From the NCBI GenBank assembly GCA_964234715.1, contig OZ174277.1: a stretch of 64,000 nucleotides of DNA; one strand, written 5' to 3'. How positions within the stretch are numbered: the stretch's first letter is position 1; each line of letters begins with the position of its first letter. The stretch comes from Podarcis melisellensis (lineage: Eukaryota). Positions 47,054 to 61,000 of the stretch are shown here, piece after piece. Below the pieces are notes generated by a model that saw only the letters and a program-made list of their open reading frames with translations, was not told the DNA's origin and searched no databases. Both the position numbers and the translations under genes were made by a program.

Positions 47054-48490
47054 TAATTTTGAATATCTGTGGGTAGGTGCACTGAATGTATCAGAGGGAG
47101 CTGTCCACAGAGTTCTTATTACTAGGAGTGTTGAAATAGGTTCAAAGTTCTGAAACCCTTTCAGGCAGGGCCACAAGACAGAAACACTTTGCTACTTCAG
47201 ACTCCTGGCTTATGATCTGTGGTAAGAGAAACCTGAAGTATAAGTCTAATAAAGTGACACAGGTGTATATTTTGAGCACATAAAATGGCATGGGGAAAAT
47301 ATTGTAATGAGGAAGGCCAGGGAAGAGAGATATTTAGCATTATAATTACCATTCTCTGTTCTGTTCAAAATATTCTTGGGACTAAAGTCCACAGGAGAAC
47401 TGAGGCATCCAAGTGAAAATACAGATAAGGCAGTATAATTGATCTTTTTGACTACTTATATTCTCACGCTGCATTGTGGCGCAGCTGTACTTCACAGTCT
47501 GGGTATGACTTTCTGACTAAAATGGGTAGAAACACACAGCATCATATAGCTATGTCTTTAACATATGAAGAAGAAGGGAAGGGATGTCTTCACGCTAAAG
47601 GTGGACACAGTTGTTGTAGCTCTTGCCCTCTTGTTCATTACTTCATCACCATAGTGAATTACGCCTATGTGAACGTGAAGGGTTTGGGCTTTTTTTATCC
47701 TTCTGAAATCCTAATCTGAAAAGCTGTTCTAACTAAATTTCATGCCTAACCCTGCAATGCCTGCAGAGTAGATTACATATGAACATTACAAAGGCAGAAC
47801 ATTTCTCATATTTGGGTTTTCTTAAAAAAAATAAATCAGAGCTGATTTGTGTTAGTAACGAAGTGGTATCACTGCTACTGTGGTGAGGCCCACTGTTCCC
47901 CCCTAAAATAATATAATGAACAAAATTCCAGCTAATATTATAGAAAACAAAAATCCAACCTAGTGCATGTGCATACGCCCTCTGAGTTAAGGGGAATGTA
48001 AGTTGAGTAGTTAATGTGTATAGCAACCAGTCATTATGTGCATTCACCAGGCCTCATAGAGAATGCACACATAAAGAGGGCATTGTGCACATTTTCTGCT
48101 CAAAATATACAATCTCCCAACAGGTCTTGGGGAATGTGCATATATTGGCTAATTTTTCTACATTCTCCCTAAGATTTTGTACATTGTTCCTAAGCTTAAT
48201 GGCAGCATGGTATGTGTGTGTGATTTCTATCAGAATTGTGGGAAGGGAGGGAAAATTGAAACATACACATTCCCCAAGGCCTGTTGCAGATTATGTACAT
48301 ATACTGATAAATGTCCACAATTCTTTCTTCATGGATTATGTGCTCATTCTTCATGGGTCCTGGTGAATATGCACAATGGCTGATTGTTCTACACATTAAC
48401 CACACAAGTTGCATTCTCCTTAACATACCACACACATGCATGCACTTGGGATTTTTGTTTATATCTATATCTATCAATATAAAATAATGT

Positions 48491-48588
48491 ATGTTTAATA
48501 TTACATCTGTGTAATGGAATCCTCCAGAAAATGGATATATAAAAAACCAGTTTTCTGGAGGATTCTATTACAGTGGTGTAATAAACAT
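48491..48588. repeat. ~98-nt imperfect palindrome (hairpin)
   Basis: TGTAATGGAATCCTCCAGAAAA pairs with TTTTCTGGAGGATTCTATTACA, extendable on both sides; 12-nt A/T loop. Confidence 0.8.
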
Positions 48589-49238
48589 GGCTATTAAAAA
48601 GTAACTCTAAACAGAATTCCATCTTTTATCAATGCTTAGCTGAGACACCTGTGAGGGTATGGTACAATACTGAATGGAGACAATAAGATTCTCTAATCAT
48701 CACTTGATTAACAGAAAACCTTCCTGCCACAGCTTGCTGACCAGTGATTACTAACAGCCATTGACTGAAGTCACAAGCAGCCTTGCTCATACGTAATGAA
48801 ATAATCAATATAGAAGTATGTTTGCACATGGAGCTTAACTAAGAGTCAGAAGTCCAAATGGAAGTGCACAGCCTCCAATATGTATGGTTCTTTGGTGTGG
48901 GTGTACAAAATAAATCCTAAGATTCAGATCTGGTTTACACATTCTATAGGGGCACACCTTTACAGACAGGAAGTGAATGAGTGAGATATTTAGCTACCTA
49001 TAGGATTTTTATACTGCCCTTCATCAATAATTCCAGGGCTTTTTACAACATACTCAAACAATAAAATACAATAAGCAGTTGAACAATCAAAACAGAAATA
49101 AAACAGCAATTAAAACAGCAGCAAATCATCAACTGGAGTGAGTTGTCTCTGCATGTGATATCAGCCTTGACAAATTTCATGGTACAATTTCCAGCACTCA
49201 CAGAAACAGCCATGAATGATTATTTAACACATTTCATT

Positions 49239-49257
49239 GTTCCCATGGAAACAGATG
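49239..49257. promoter_or_regulatory. RFX X-box abutting a CAGATG E-box
   Basis: GTTCCCATGGAAAC (49239-49252) overlapping CAGATG (49252-49257). Confidence 0.5.
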
Positions 49258-49304
49258 TGGGAGTGATTCCATGTTATTCTCTTTATAGGAGCACATGGGA
49301 CACA

Positions 49305-49345
49305 CCACACAGACACAGACAGACAGACAGACAGACACACACAGA
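49305..49345. repeat. (CAGA)n/(CA)n compound microsatellite
   Basis: Direct inspection. Confidence 0.9.
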
Positions 49346-50789
49346 TATTAAGGTCCAATTCTGTTTTCTCAGCAACATCAGCTACAGTTTGAACAACAAC
49401 AACAAAATACACCTGTAGTTTGTTAAGTTTTATTAATGTAAGTGAGCCCTGGTCTAGGAGCTTCTTCTGCATGCAGTTAGGTGCCTTGGCTTCAAATATT
49501 CTATTTGCCAACTATCTTTCCAAACAAAAGAATACATTATATGAGAATTTTACAAAGACTCTTCCTTAGAAATAATAAAAAAGGAATGGAAATCTATTTG
49601 CTTCTGTAAAATGTAGTTTAATGTTGCTCAGTAGTCCCTTCCTTTGTGTTCTCAAATGCAAGCCACTGTCTGATGATAAACTCACATAACTTTAAGAAAT
49701 AAACACTGCAAAAGGCATTAAAAATTTGACCAAAGTTGTCCATCATTAGCAAGTGATGTTACCATTCATCACTTACCATGTTTTATGTCTAGCTTACATA
49801 ACAGAATATATTTGAATCATGGAATTTTCTTTTTTAAATAGATAAAGTTTCTGTATTTAGATAATAATTTTGTTTTGCCATTTAAATGGAATCAAAGGAT
49901 TCTCCACAGCTTATTTAGCCTATTAGAAGAAACCTTTTTGTGTCAAAAAGCTTTTTACTCTAACATAAAATAGATGTGCTTATTTAGTATATACTTTCTA
50001 AAATGCTTTAAATCTCTCTTCTTCTTGTTGGTCTAGTAACCAAAAAAACCAAACAAACCCCAATTATTTTGAATCATAAAAGAATTTCAGTTTTAAGACA
50101 GAATGATACATCTCATGCGGCAGTTATATGATTCTGTTTCTTTTCCTCATTCCAGAAGAGGGAGAAAGATGAATTCAAACTGTCACCACGTGCTCTGCCA
50201 TGATTAGAGTTTCGCTGGGCCTCCACAGTGCCCCTAACAGGCCAGGGTAAAGTCATTTCCAGCAGATGCAGTTAACCACTCTTCCACAGGGAGCTTTTAG
50301 GCATGAAATTACCAGATCAATGTAGGCACACAGTACAATATATTTTTAACTTGCAAAGTATGTTTGGTGGGTCCATCTGTCTTAGTTTCCTACTTGACTT
50401 TTACCACCCAGCTCTATTTCTGAAGACCAACAGCATTCTTCAGCAGCCATTTTATAAACATTACTTTGCCTCCAGTCATTACATTACTTTGATCACGTAA
50501 AATAATGGGTGGTGGTTTACTTAGATGTATTGGTTTCCATGATGCTTTCAGATTTCTTTTCAAAGCATCATAAATAAAGGCTAAAAAACAATTAGGCCCT
50601 AATCAACAAAAGCTATTAGATATTATTTTAACACTGAGTGCTCTTTTCTATATTGATTCCGTATTTTGTCTTATAAATTCTTCAGAGAGTTCTCCATTTC
50701 CAGCAGCTAGGATAGCTTGTTCCTACTTCCCTGCTATGATTTACCCCTCAGATTGTTAGCAAACTACTGCAGTCTTGCAGCTGCTTAGT

Positions 50790-50910
50790 GTGGAAGGGAT
50801 GATAGTTGAAAGCACATGCTTTGCATGGAAAGTCCCAGGTTCAGTCCCTAGTATCTTAAGTTTTAAAAGGGTCAGGTTGCAGGAGAAGGTGATGTGAAAG
50901 TCTGGAGAGG
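50790..50910 (+). mobile_element. Degraded tRNA-derived SINE head
   Basis: AGCACATGCTTTGCATGGAAAGTCCCAGGTTCAGTCCCT resembles a tRNA anticodon arm plus B-box; lacks an acceptor stem. Confidence 0.5.
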
Positions 50911-52225
50911 CGACCCGAACTCATAAAAGCACAATGGAATAAAGGCAGAACTGTTGTAGGCTGTAGAACACAAGTCTCTTTCTGTTCATTGTCCTGGGGG
51001 AGTCCTAAACCACTGAAGGAAGCAATTCCCTTCAAGCAGTATTAGCATTTGTTTATGAAACATCTGAGAAGATCCCTGAATTACTGCACAATGCTGATGA
51101 AGGGAGGGAAACCCAATGAGCAGCAGTACACCAGAATGTTCATATACAAGAAAGCTATTCTACAAGCAAGAATTAATTTTTTGGTTTCTTAATTACAGCA
51201 CAATACTATATCTACTTAGAAGCAAGTCCTATTTACTTCAGTGGGGCTTACTCCCAAGTAAGTGAGGTTAGGACTAGAGCCTTAGCCATCCATTTTTGCT
51301 CAAGGGTATCAAAGATTATATATTTTCATCACTCAGACTTGCATTCTAAGGAAAGATTTGTGGGCTTTCTCTTTTAATCTTAAAACCATTCAATATATGG
51401 CAAGTTCAGTTTTTCGTATTCCCATCCCAACCATTTTTAAAACAGGTTGCACCCTAAGCAGTTTTAAAACATCCCATTTCTTTACAAAGATTACCAAATC
51501 TATTTCTCTCCTGAAACTGACACAATGCCTGGCTGCCTGTCAAATATTCCTGCCTTCCTAAGCTGTTTGGGCTTTTCTCTCAGCTAAAATAACAAGAAAC
51601 GGAGGGACAGAGTTTCTGCAAGGCTAACAGAAGGTCTGACATAGGTGTGCATGCCTTGCTATTAACTCTTTTGAAACTATGAACCTTAGTACAGCAGGTT
51701 AAGGGGACACAGTCTCTCCTAATAAAAAGGCTTAAATAAATCCACACTAGGGATTAGTTTGCTTTATGGACATAGCAGAGAAAATGTCACACACTATCAA
51801 ATGCTCTGTTCTGTAAAGCCAACTAACATTAATTAAACTGCTGGCCCACAAACTCAGGTTTTGCTTTGAAACTTGGCAATTGTAACAAAATTATCTACCT
51901 TATGGTGTCCATTCTTTTAAATATCCAATATGAGATGAATCTACACACTTGACAACATCACCATATTCATGGGTTGCAAAGTTGGAACATTTCAGTGAAG
52001 GAGTTCACACACATGGGTTTGCTGCACAGTACTTGCATATATTAGCTTCCCTTCTTCCCATTGCCATTTATGCAATGCATCTTATGCATAATGCACCAAA
52101 GCAAAGGTAGGAAGAATCACTTTCTGATCCTGACTTTACCCTGGACTTGGCTTTGTGAGGATGGAATGTGGAAGCAGGAAGCAGCAGGAGGTATTGATTA
52201 ATTAACCAGGATTAATTAGCAGGCA

Positions 52226-52580
52226 GGGACATGGGTGGCGCTGTGCTCTAAACCACAGAGCCTAGGGCTTGCCAATCAGAAGCTCGGCGGTTCAAATTCC
52301 CGTGATGGGGTGAGTTCCCGCTGTTCGGTTCCTGCTCCTGCCCACCTAGCAGTTCAAAAGCACGTCAAAGTACAAGTAGATAAATAGGTACCGTTCTGGC
52401 GGGAAGGTAAATGGCATTTCTGTGCACTGCTCTGGTTCGCCAGAAGCAGCTTAGTCATGCTGGCCACATGACCCGGAAGCTGTACGCTGGCTACCTCGGC
52501 CTATAGAGCGAGATGAGCGCTGCAACCCCAGAGTCGTTCACGACTGGACCTAATTGTCAGGGGTACCTTTACCTTCACTT
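52226..52580 (+). mobile_element. Sauria SINE, full length
   Basis: GGGACATGGGTGGCGCTGTG head, ACCTTT tail, 14-bp TSD TTAATTAGCAGGCA (52212-52225, 52581-52594). Confidence 0.95.
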
Positions 52581-55500
52581 TTAATTAGCAGGCAGCAGAA
52601 AACAGTGAATGCAGGAGGCAACTATTCAGTCTTTAATCCTGGTACCAAGACAAAAATATTATCAAAAGAACTTTCTGTTAAGGTCTATTTTTATAATAAA
52701 GAGCTTTCTTATTTACTGAAAATGTATACGAACATAAATCTCCATACACTTTCCCTTTCTCTCACTCACTGACCTTTACATTAAATTACCCTTAATAGTA
52801 AATTAAATTATTATTGTGTGGGGTGGCGGAAGATGTCTTTATCTTAACCTCCATGCCCCACTGCACTGGAATGGATTTAGAGGAATCTATCCTTCACTAA
52901 TAAATTATACTTATATTTAAAGGTAGATTCAGATCCAAAGTTGCTTGATTTTTACACTGCCAACTATGTAAAATATCTGCCTATCTCCATTTTAACATCC
53001 TTTTAGGCAGCAATCTTATGCACATTTACTAGGGAGTGTAACTTAATAAAATGGGATTCCATTTAGACATGTCTAGGACTGCACAGGGTTAGTTTCTTTA
53101 TTGGCATATGATCAGTTTGCATATTGGCTTTAGAGTTCCACTTATTCATTAAACATTTTTCCTCATAAAGTTCATTATGAAGCGCCCACACTTGTAACTT
53201 GTGTTCCCTGGCAGAATAGCATGCTTGTGTGTTTGTCAAAGAAGTGACTGTGAAAAGATTGCCAATGGGAGGGGTAAGGATTCACATATGCCAGCCTTTT
53301 TTCAACCAGATCTTTTGGAGTCTAACTCCCATCAGTCCAAGCAAACACATCTGTGATGCCTGGAGCTGATGAGAGTTGAACTCCAATATATCTGAATGTT
53401 ACCAGGTTGGAGACTATGATATTATAATGGGTACTTGTCTTCTGTAGTTCTTTCCTGCAACCACTGGAGAAAGGCAGGGATTCTCCCCTGGTGTGTTGGG
53501 ACTTGTTAGCAGATCCGGTTCCTCCCTCTTAGGGAGATGGTGGTCATGGCAAGAACAAATTCTGGTTGTCTTCCAAAACAAGAAGGGGCACTGTCACTTT
53601 ACTGAAAAGAAAAGAAAAATCAGCCTCTAATAAGAAAGGGAAACCAGAAAGATTGAAGCTAGGGAACTACTGGTAATCTATTCCCTTCCCCCAGGGAAAA
53701 GAGCTAGGGCTATAAGCAGCATTTTTATTCTCAGGATTTTCTGGTGAGAACAGTGGCGGCGGACACCAGAAGTTAGTTGTTTGCACCTCCCCAGCAGTCA
53801 GCAACCCATTTGTCCAACAGGTAGTCCTGGAAGTTAGTTGTGATCTAAAAGCACTGAGCAACTCAGAATCGATGTCCTGTTAAATGCTGATTGGTGCTGC
53901 CTGCAAACTCCTTTTTGGCCCACCCACAACTTCATCTGCACCACATGTGGGACAGGTAGGTGGTGGCTTGCCAAAATGCCCTGAAGGTTCAGAGGAAGTT
54001 TAGCTGGCTTAGTTAGATCTACAGCCTGATGTCTTCCCATTCCAGGCTTAGAGTGACCCAAGATAGAACTGGCAAGCATGTCTGGAGAAAAAGAAGGAAG
54101 GAAAAGGAGACAAGCAGCTGAAGAGGACAGATGAAATAGAAGATGAGTGTCTAACTTGTGATATTTCTTTAGAAATATTCCACTATTGTTTTTTTTTTTT
54201 TTGCAACCATAAAGACTAGACATTAGTTTTCCAAGAGGATTCTCTGACCAAAGGCTGGATGAATTGAAACTTTTGCAGAGAATGTGGGAAATAACGGACA
54301 GCATGACAATGTTTTTCTTGCTAAGTCCTTGATCAAAGCTCCCTTCAGTGTTCTCAAGGGTCCGAACGCCATATTTGCCTTAACTGGAATGGGAGATTAC
54401 AATCTCTTATTGATTTTTCAAGACTGTGAGCACTTCACAGAAAGGACTGCCTTTTAAATTTGCTTCCATGCTTTATTTTGGAGCACTTAATTGTGTAAAA
54501 CAGATACAGCAGATAGAGCCATATTTGTCAGTGGGATGTAAGACACACACAGTATCACTAAATTATGTCCACTGACCACTTTTCTTGGACTTTAAATGAA
54601 TCTAGACAGAGGAATTAAAAGTCCACCTTTAAGGAATAAATCACTGTGTGGATCATGCAAAACTCCAGAAAGAGCAACAAAAAACACTCATTTCAGGAGG
54701 CTTGCCTTAAGCAAAGTTTAAAAATTGGTAAAAATTCTACTCTCTAGCATTTAGACTAGGCAATAAATCCTACTGCTTACTTCTGAGTAAAATCACAAAG
54801 GATTGTGCAATTAACCATGAATCTAACTCTGATTAGAATCAGAACTGAAAGCTTTAATCTTGGCTGAATCATGCGATCAAATTTATATTTATATATTTCA
54901 TATGGGATACAGAAACAATATTATTCTTAACATGCAGTAATTTTCTGTGAAATATGTATAATTACTGCATAAATTTAGATAAGATGTCTTCTCAAAAGGA
55001 TTATTACCAGCAGTCATGCATAGTAACTAGCACCCCTGTAGCATAATAAAAGCCTGAACAAGTCAAACAATCATATCTTTTTTCATACCGTTCTGGGGTA
55101 TTTTTTTTTAGTTGGAAAGAAAGAATTAGTGATCTATAATGTCTGAGTCCTAGTTGATTTTTTTTTTTACTAATCATTATTGCTCTTCAAAGGAGATGAG
55201 GGATTATACAAATAGGGCAGCCTCAACATGGAAGTGTTCATATCACATTCTATGTATGTGGTGAACAGTGGGAATAGAGCAAATTTTCACTTTTCCATTC
55301 CTTAATTGTTCTGTGCACTTGCTCTGCCCTGTGTACTACTCCTCCTGGTTTCCAGTTAAATTAGGAAATTTATTGGAGTACAGCCTGGAACTAGAGAGTG
55401 GGCAGTTTACCACAATTTCTGGTGCCTTTGATTGCTTCCTCTGCTTTATGGGTGTGGGGGGCAGTCTTGATGCACTGAAGATTTTTGTGCAGCATTTTAC

Positions 55501-57871
55501 TGGTGCATAAAGGTACTTCTGTACATTGGTCAAACACCTGGCAAAAAGATCTTGATTCAACCATATGTACCATCACTTCAAGGGCAATTTGCTGCAGTGC
55601 TTAATCAACACACACAAGTAATACAAATGGGGAAAGGCAGAAATTAGTTGAAAGCTCTTACAAACAATGCATGCATACTGCTCTGTACAAAATTTGGAAA
55701 TAAAAAGATGAAAAAATGAAATGAAAAGATAAAAAGTTTAGAAACACTGGAACTCCAAAACCTAGTGGAAATTTTGATTGAGTTTTACTGGGAAGAAATC
55801 ATGCAAAGCAAATCATACCCTGGTAAACAACTGAGTTGTATACTCATGGGCTAATTTCATGCTTATTTCTTGGGTGATAAAATAAGGAACACATGCAAAC
55901 ATTAACGTTTTGAGATATTTTGTCAGCAATGGCCACCAGATGAAGTCAAAGCAAGACTTCAAAAGTAGCATTTTGCTGATATATCTCTTTGGAGATTTTC
56001 ATATTGAGGGTATTTTTGGACAAATGACTCTTTATGCAGAAAATTATATGATAAGCAGATTGTGCACAGTCTTTTACCACCTGAGAAATAAATGTACAAA
56101 TTGACTTTGATGATGGCAGTTTCACACATTTTGGCTATCAAGTGATCATTGCAATCATCATATAAAAAGGTAACATGTGATCTCACCCTAAGTCAGAAAG
56201 CATTTTAGTTCAGATTATGGTTGCTATAAATAAAGACCAAATAAAGCTTTTCTCTAGACTTGCTTCTGTTCTGCTGCTTGTCAGGCAAGGCAGCATATGT
56301 TCTGCAAATGATGTGGAAATAAAAGAACAATAAAATAAAAGGTTATAGTCCATTTGTTTAAAACTAAAGCTTCCCATTTGTAGTCAGCTTCATTCTGGGA
56401 AGGAGAAAAATGCTCAGAGCTGATTATTTTTTTTTAATGGACCAAGATAACAAATATTTTTGTATGATCTAAATCACTAACAGTTAATCACTGCATATTA
56501 CTATCATTGTATTTTTCCTCAACCTCATTAAATACAATTTAAGACTTTAGAAATCAAACCCTGGGTGAACCTAAAAATATGTCTGCAGGATGAAGATGGA
56601 TGATGACCTCAGTTGCTGCTCTATTAGTTTGTTTGCATGTTGGATGTTTTTGTGATTATAGTTACTTTGAGATTTAACAGTAGGAGGCTAATGGAAATGT
56701 TGTTTGCTGCCATGGCAGACTAAATCAGTGGGGGGAGAGAAAGAAATGTGTTTACACTTGAAGATGTCACATAAAGCAGCTGGAGGCTCCCACTTCCAGA
56801 CCTGCACATTCCTTGAAGAACTCATCTGCATTATTACACACTCCTTCACACTTAGAAATCTATTAATTTTCTATTAGTTGCATTGATTTTCTGGCAGATT
56901 TGTAATTTCTGTAATAATTTACAGAGTACTGTAGAAATTAACTATGTTCCGTAGAAAGATAAGCATTACTGAGAAATAGAACTCTGCACGAGTTATTGAA
57001 CACATCATTGACCGTCTGGCTTCTCTGCTTCAAAAAATTCTACATTAATTACAGCAGAACTGATTGGTGGATTTTGTCTCCCTGCGGAAAATTCTGACTG
57101 TGCCACCCACCATGATCCTCAGATTCAACTCTATGCTAGGGATAAACATACAGTTTAATGTATGACATGTCTGATTTTGAAGTGGAGGTTAAAAGAAAAA
57201 GACAACTACATATATTAACAATCTGCTGTGCTTTAAAAATAATTGTGAAATACTTAACTTGACTACGTCATACTTTATGAAAATATTTTATATTCCCTGC
57301 ATTGCACCCTGCATCTCTGCTGAGATAGGTAGTTGTACAAATCATGACATCTGTTCCGTAAACCAATTTAGATGGAGTACCTCTGCTTAACAAAATGTGC
57401 TGTATGTTTCCCTTTAACAACTGTCAGGATCTTGGTGACCCACTGCACCTGGTCTGCCTCCCATCAGGCTTCAGTTATGGAGGGGAAGGGAGAGAACAGC
57501 ACATCAACTAGTTTCATATTCCCTGTGATGTTTTGAAATCCTGTTTCCTAATTTGCAACCCCCTAAACCACCCTCAGGGAAATTTGAAAGGTAGTGTATG
57601 ATATAGGGCTGGAGAAAACTCCTGTCTGAAACCCTTCGACATTATCAGTGTGGTTATGGTACTAAGTAGATGGACCAATTGTCCGCTCTTTCCTAGGTCA
57701 TACAGTCCTGATTTTTATTTTTTATTTTAAAGTCCAATTGGGTACACACAACATATTGGCCAGTAGCTGTTAATAAATGTTGGCACTTATTGTAACAGTG
57801 TTCTAGTTTTTATTAATCAATTTATGTATTTATAGGTTTTTACGGTAAAGGGTTATGTATAGTTCTTTATA

Positions 57872-58022
57872 GAGACAGTGTGGGGTAGTGGTTAGAGTGT
57901 TGGGCTAGAGTGACTTTGGGATAGTCATTGTGTGAATGAGGATAAAATGGGGAGGAGGAAAGCTACATACACTACCTTGAGTTCCTCAGAGTAAAGGTAT
58001 ATTTAAATGTTATAATAAATAC
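57872..58022 (+). mobile_element. Old MIR/CORE-like SINE with internal deletions
   Basis: A-box-like GTAGTGGTTAGAGTGTTGG, core TGAGGATAAAATGGGG, AT-rich tail. Confidence 0.55.
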
Positions 58023-61000
58023 AGCTAAAAAACATGTATTAATTCCCACAATATGTCTATAAGTTATGGTTTATACTCCACAAATGAGGAGTTAATGCCA
58101 AAGTGACAGTGTTAATGCCTAAGTGACAAGTATCTGACTTCCCAGGATAAACTGAGACTCCTGGGCCTTTTGTTTCCAAGGCTGGAAGAATACACATATG
58201 GAATACACATTGGAAGGCTGCACAATTTTCCTGTGCATCTTGTCTGCATAAGGTAATGGCTTTCTTTACATGTATAGATGTTCTGTGCAATACTGAATTT
58301 TCAATAACCTTTGGATACCAGTGACAACACTGGCATGAAGGTGAACTTGATGGATGGATTAGGAGATAAGTTCTGGTTCAACTCATCTCCTTGGTGCTTT
58401 CATCAGTTTACAGAGAGATTGTAATGAGTTCCATAGAGGCACTGCTAGCACACACAGCATGCCTTTTCATTTCTGTTGCTAGGTTTTTCATCTCACAACC
58501 AATTTTATCATTTATGCCATTACATGGAGGGAGCATAACTTAGTGACTGCAAATATTTCTGGTAGTGCATTTTCATATTTCTTGCATAAAGATTGTATAA
58601 TCTCCCACTTAAGGAAGCATTTTGTCTAAATAAGTAGAACTTGCTTGTAAATATGAGTTGTACCTGATTCATTGCTAATAAAATGTATTGTTGGTTTTTT
58701 AAAAAGCACCCTCATTTTTCCAGTGACTCTGCAAAGAAGTAAACAAGAAAAAACAACTCATTTATAAACATTATTTGATATTGGGATCCTATTTGACACA
58801 AAAACTTGCCTATGGAGGACAAAATCACAAATAGGGGTCAACATAAAATAAATTCTCCACTCCTTTTGGAGCTATACAGCCCCTGAATTACAAGGTATAT
58901 TAATTATTGTCAGGAACAAAACAGAGACTGGGAATGGATGGATGGACGATTAGCAAACTTTGTTGGAACTCTAACAATTCTAGGACTGGAATCACATTTT
59001 TATCAGTGCAGTTGCATGCACTGAAAAAAATGTGTTTTATCACTTTTAACAACACAGAGCCTAAAGGCAAAGAGCAAACGTAACCAACCGTTAAAGACTC
59101 AAAAGAGTCAGTGACATGACATTTGTCTGAATTAAAAACCCACAAAATTCAGCACCTATTCCGGAATACCACCACAGGTCAAAAAAGTGGAAACAGCCAG
59201 TGCTAGAGAAGAAGTGGAGGATCACATGGCAGTCCAAAGATGGGAGCCTGACTAGCACAGGCAGAAGACCATGGCATGACTAACAGGTGGTACACCTACT
59301 ACATTCGCCTCCTATAGGTACCATCTTGCACATGCAGAAAGATTAATGTATTTCCTGGCACAAATGTGCTTTAAAAAACAAACAAACCATAAGCTTATAG
59401 TTTCCTCAAAAACAGACAACAGCGTGTTTGGTGACTCAATGAAATGCTGTGTGTGTTGTATTAGATTTGGGATAAGAGAATACTCAGTTTTGACAGACTG
59501 TGCTGACCTTGCAGAATAGAGGGCAGTAAACCAAACAGCACAAAATGTGACACACGCAGCCACAAAAGGAGGTCACACAGAATGTCTATGGATCATAGAC
59601 CAGATAGATAGCTGAACAAAGGAAGATGTTCCATATTCATTACTGTTGGCTAGGAAAGCTGATGATGACACATTTAGCAGGGCAGCAGACAAGAGCACTC
59701 TCTCTTGTGCTTTCTCTCTGCAGGAAAACAGGCTTTAGTTTGGAAAGTTTTCATTCTGTTAAACAGTTTGCAGGGATTCTGCACGTACAGTACAAGCCAG
59801 TTAATACCTTTCATACAAAGTCTGTTCATTAATAAAATATGTAAAGAATTTTCTATAGTCATACATTGAGTATCCAGTTAACCAGCAGCACTGACTACAA
59901 CAGTATCCTTAGAGAGATGAATATTTGCCCCAAAGGAGCACTGTCAAAGCTACTGCTGTGTCTAATCTCTGAAAATTTGTGGTGTGAATGTATTTGATGG
60001 TCTTGTTTCTGGGCTGCAATGTGCTCTGCCTACTTTCCTCATCACTTGTAGCCTCCATCTTGTTGATCAATACCAAATGAACCTCACATTTATAAGAGGG
60101 TTTATAGTTTTCAAAATGAGTAGCAGCTGCAATTACTGTGGTTTTGAAGTAACAGTAATTACAACAATGTTATAATGTTTTAAAACATTATGTGTGTTAA
60201 TTGGTTTACCAATGTGAAGATGCCTATATCATCAAAAACTTTTGTAAATTACCATGTTATATTTCATTAAAAGCTTGTTGGAACAAAAACAAAAAACAGT
60301 ATGTGATTACCATGTTTGTACTTTTCTGCTTTTCATTTCAGCCTAACCTCACTTTTTTGCAATCTTTCCATGTATGCATGTCCATGTAATTCAGGATAAC
60401 ACTTCATGCATCGGATGAATTAGATTTTGGTTGACAAAAACATAGGTTTCCAAAAAGTCTCACACAGATTGTACAGGATCCAGACTTTATCTCCTGCAAA
60501 CGGAAGAGCTCCTTCCATCCATGAAAGTCTTTTGATCCCCTGGTAGAATGGAGAAAGAAGTGGTTCTGTTGATTCCTCTTCCCACTGCAATTCCTTATCT
60601 ACCCAAACTGATCTGGGAGGTTAGGGAACACTCTGGAATAACAGTAGAGGAAGCTTTCTCTCTTGTTCCCAAATGAAAATTAGTTTGAGACAAAAGAGAC
60701 TACATAAATGAATGAATGAATGGATGGACTTATAGAACTTCCATTAGCCTTTTCCAGGCATGTTGAGTGTGATGCCTGGAACCTTCTGTTCTATGGCAGG
60801 AGCTTCCTGAGTGGAACTCTGCTTAGGGGATATTATTGCCTGTGGCAGCAAACTCTAAATCTAACCCAGTATCTTGTAATCCTTATAATATCCACATTAG
60901 GCTATTTCATTAATCCCATATTGCAGATGTGAGGTTTAGGCTAAGAGAAAATGCATTTATGTGAATGCACAAATGATGGGTCCATGAGTGCGAGGCAGAA

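Noticed and set aside
46286-47176. Duplicated gene pair sharing LGFYIT.GPSGVQEGSPPH
   Set aside because: The shared peptide is just the 54-bp inverted repeat translated on each strand
53834-54304. 156-aa minus-strand ORF, the longest non-transposon ORF
   Set aside because: Crosses a homopolymer run, has no recognisable domain and no convincing splice sites; 54200-54400 may still be conserved non-coding DNA
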